From NCBI RefSeq assembly GCF_036971445.1, contig NC_091476.1:157604001-157668000 (forward strand): a stretch of 64,000 nucleotides of DNA, given 5' to 3'. Position 1 is the stretch's first letter, and every line of letters begins with the position of its first letter. Made by a program: the position numbers and the translations under genes. Below the pieces are notes generated by a model that saw nothing but the letters and a program-made list of their open reading frames with translations, was not told the origin of the DNA and ran no database searches. This stretch comes from Narcine bancroftii (lineage: Eukaryota). Shown here in pieces: positions 60,501 to 64,000 of this stretch.

Positions 60501-63407
60501 TTACAGAAGATAAAAAGGCAGCTTTAGTGAAGCTGAAACTACGTTATGATACACTACAAACCTATCAGTATGAGCGTTTAATCAGTCGATCTAAGCAACG
60601 TTATTATGAATTAGGTGAGAGGGCTCATAAGGTGTTAACATGGTAATTAAAAACAGAACAGACATCGCTAATTATTAATGCTGTTAAAAAGAAGTCAATA
60701 GTTACTGATAAACCTCAGGAAATTAATGACCAGTTTTATTCATTTTATCAACAATTATATACTTCTGAGGGAAAGCAGGAAGCTGGTTCTATTGATTCTT
60801 ATTTATCTAAATTAAATTTACTTGTTTTAGGGGAGGAGGAGGTTAGGGAATTAGAAGCTCCGTTTACAGATTTTGAGATTAAAGAAGCTATACAAGAGAT
60901 GCCGAATGGGAAGTCACCAGGGGATGATGGATTTTCAGCTGAATTTTATAAAGTATTTTATGAAGATTTATCCTCCGTATTTGGAGATGTTCTACAGCAA
61001 ATAACTGAGGATCAGGTGTTACCAGAAACTTGTTCGAGTGCTATAATTACTGTGATTTTCAAGAAAGATAGGGATCCATTGAAAATATCTTCATATAGGT
61101 CTACTTCTTTACTAAATGTAGATTATAAAATTATGGCGAAAGTATTAGCGAATAGACTTGCTAAATATTTACCTCAGTTGATACATGTAGATCAAGCAGT
61201 TTTTATTAAGGATAGAAATGCATGTGATAACATTCTAAGATTGATCACATTGGTCAATGCATCTAGACAGCAACCCAACCACTGGTTGCACTAGATGCGG
61301 AAAAAGTTTTTGATGGGGTTGAATGGAATTTTTTATTTAAGGTGTTAGAGAAGAGTAATTTTGGCCCTTATTTTATTGGCTGGGTTAAAGCTTTATATAA
61401 AAACCCAATTGCTAGGGTGGTGGGAAATGGTCAAACTTATTTACCATTTAAATTAACGTGGTCAACTCGGCAAGGTTGTCCATTATCACCAGCCTTGTTT
61501 GCATTGGCTATTGAACTGTTAGCTTAGACAATACAACAGAATGATAAGATTAAAGGGATGAGAATTGCAGATGATGAATATAAGTAATTTATTTGCGGAT
61601 TATTTGTTGGTCTATTTGACAGAACTGGAGCAGACTTTGAAATATTTGCAAGATTGCTCACTGAAATTTGGGAAGTTATCTGGATATAAGGTAAATTGGG
61701 ATAAGAGTGAAATATTACCAGTTGGGGAAGGAGACTATTCGGAATATAAAAATATTATAAAATTGAAATGGTCAGATAGAATTAAATATTTGGGAGTAAT
61801 AGTAAGTGCAGATTATCAATCTTCATATAAATTAAATTATGCTTCTTTATTAAAAAGGATTAAAATGGATTTCATTAAATGGAAAGATCTTCCGTTAACG
61901 TTAATTGGTCAAGTAAATTGTATTAAAATGAATATTTTTCCTTGAATCCAATATTTGTTTCAATCGATACCTTGTTTACTTTCAAAGAGTTTCAGGATTT
62001 GAATAGAGTGGTACAGGAATTTTTATGGAAGGGGAAATTAGCATGAGTAGCTTTACATAAACTTACATGGAAATGTGAATTAGGTGGTCTTCAATTACTT
62101 CATTTTCAAAATTATTACGAAGCAGCTCAGTTGAAATTTGTTAGTAGATAGATGGATATGGACCAACCTCCGAGTTGGGCGAAGGTAGAAATGGCTTGTA
62201 TTTCTGAAGTTGAGGTACAACAGTTTATATCTAAATGGAATATGAATTTATTGCGGGAATGTAATATGCCAGTATTAAAACACTTATTAAAGATATGAGG
62301 TAAAAGAAATATGGTTTTAGGGTCGAAGGGTAACCTATCAATTCAAACTCCATTATACCATAATCAACTTATTCCCTTTTCAATGTTTAATAATCATTTA
62401 AAGAGATGAAATTTTAAGGTTATAAGGATAGTTCAGGATTGTTTTAAAGAAGGACAGTTCCTTTCCTTTAATCAATTGAGGGAGAAATTTGATATATCTG
62501 TAAATTCTTTATTTGTATACTATCAACTCAGAGCTTTGATAAAAGATAATTATGGTAAAGAGATGAATTTACCTATGTTGATGAAATTTGAGTCTTTGAT
62601 TTCCTCTATACCAAAGAAAGGTTATATTTCGGTAATGTATCAATTTTTACAAGATAGTATGGATAAACTGGAATGGGAGAAATCTAGGCTTAAATGGGAA
62701 GGTGATTTAACTTATATTTTTCCTGAAGACAATTGGGAGGTTATGTGTCACGACGGTGTAACTAAATTGATGAATGTAAGCTATGGAATGGTTATTTATA
62801 ATTTTTTACATCAGCTATATTTGACTCCAGAGAAATTTAAAAAATATGGGTTTAGCAATTCGGACTCTTGTTTTCGATGTGGACTATGTACTGGAACATA
62901 TTTACATTCTGTTTGGTCTTGAGTTAAAGTACAACCATTTTGGGAAGGAATTAGATTGGTCTTGGAAAAATTATTTAAGATTAAACTACCACTAGACCCA
63001 TTGATTTTTTTGTTGGGCTATATGATTTCTTTGAAGGGATTGGGGTTGGATAAATTTCAAATTGCATTTGTACGTTTAGCGTTATCTGTAGCATGAAAAT
63101 GTGTAGCCAGTACTTGGAAAGATAATGTGGAGATTAATATAGTACGTTGGTATAATGAATTAAGAGCTTGTATTCCGTTGGAAAAAAATTACATGTAACT
63201 TGCATGATAATTATTGCTTCTTTGTTAATATGTGGTCTTCTTATTTGGAATATATGAATTTGAAAATACTTTGAAATATTCTATATATTCTATATATTCT
63301 GTTTTAAGGGTAGGGAGGGTTTTTCTTTATGTATCTAAAAATTTCTTGCTGTTATTTGATTGTATTTTGTTTTTACAAAAATCTTTTTAATAAAATTTGA
63401 AAAAAAA
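57560..63407 (+). mobile_element. Full-length decayed L1-clade (L1/Tx1) LINE, about 5.85 kb
   Basis: 5' gggagg..CAAGATGGCG; ORF1 remnants (DQMHRAL..PRAVL..DLSQE); ORF2 from 59538 with APE endonuclease (FQETH, NIYAPN, GDFN), RT (KSPGDDG, TRQGCPLSP, LFAD) and C-terminal C-x2-C; A-rich tail; TSD GTGAGAGATA at 57549-57558 and 63409-63418; many stops and frameshifts. Confidence 0.93.
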
Positions 63408-64000
63408 TGTGAGAGATACAAGATAATGCAGATGCTGGAGTATGAAGTGTGGAACAATCTCCTGGATGAGTAACTTCAGTGGAAGATGAAGAATTTTTGC
63501 ATCGAATCTTGAATGGTATCTTTGATTGTTAATCCTATCTGCATTCTGGATTCAGCTATTCATCATTTAACTCCAGTATTTAAAAAAAAAGAAACAAGAT
63601 ATTATAGATAGGTATGTTGTTGATCTGCTTCATCCTAGAATTGTCTCACTTACATCCAGATTATGAGCTGTGAATTCATGTAAATTTTGTGATGACTGAA
63701 GATACAGCATGTTTATAAAATGCCATATCAAAGATAGCTTTGTACCAAATCCACAATTTTCTAAAATGACCCAAAAAGTGATGATCTGCTTTTAAAGATT
63801 AGTTCTCACTACAGACTTAATATGAACAGAAATTGGGGAGAATGAACAGCATAATGCAAAAAAGATCAGATTACAAAATATGGAAAATGAATAATTATTA
63901 TTATTGAGTAAGTAGTCATGGGGAAAGCGATTTCTATGGTTGTAGGGAATGAGTGAAACTGGTACAAATAGGATAGATCTTTTAAAATTCAGACATGATG

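Noticed and set aside
59538-63270. Active autonomous L1
   Set aside because: ORF1 and ORF2 are broken by many stops and frameshifts, and the RT catalytic motif reads FADY.

Overview
Vertebrate genomic DNA, AT-rich and repeat-dense. The repeat content (CR1, Rex1/Babar, RTE, L1/Tx1, Penelope, Gypsy, V-SINE-like) suggests a cartilaginous fish; this is an inference. Three spliced genes can be reconstructed by hand with consistent exon phases: the first two coding exons of mgst3b (minus, 5391->925, continuing off the left edge), a complete 6-exon RSRP1 (plus, 8693-22921, 450 aa) and a complete 7-exon SYF2 (minus, 47326->34029, 240 aa). The remainder is mostly transposon debris, including three solo-LTR-like elements, four young RTE copies, a 5S-rRNA-derived SINE, a nested Gypsy/L1/CR1 stack and a full-length but decayed L1 with a TSD. 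The most striking observation is an almost perfect 40-copy, 20-bp array that is an amplification of the mgst3b exon 1/intron 1 junction (CAACGTCAAG|GTAAGGGGTG), in which only the first donor gives an intact protein. Tandem repeats also overlap a splice donor in SYF2 (duplicated exon-1 donor) and a candidate donor in RSRP1 (63-bp minisatellite at a candidate cassette exon). All coordinates were read by eye and no database searches were run.
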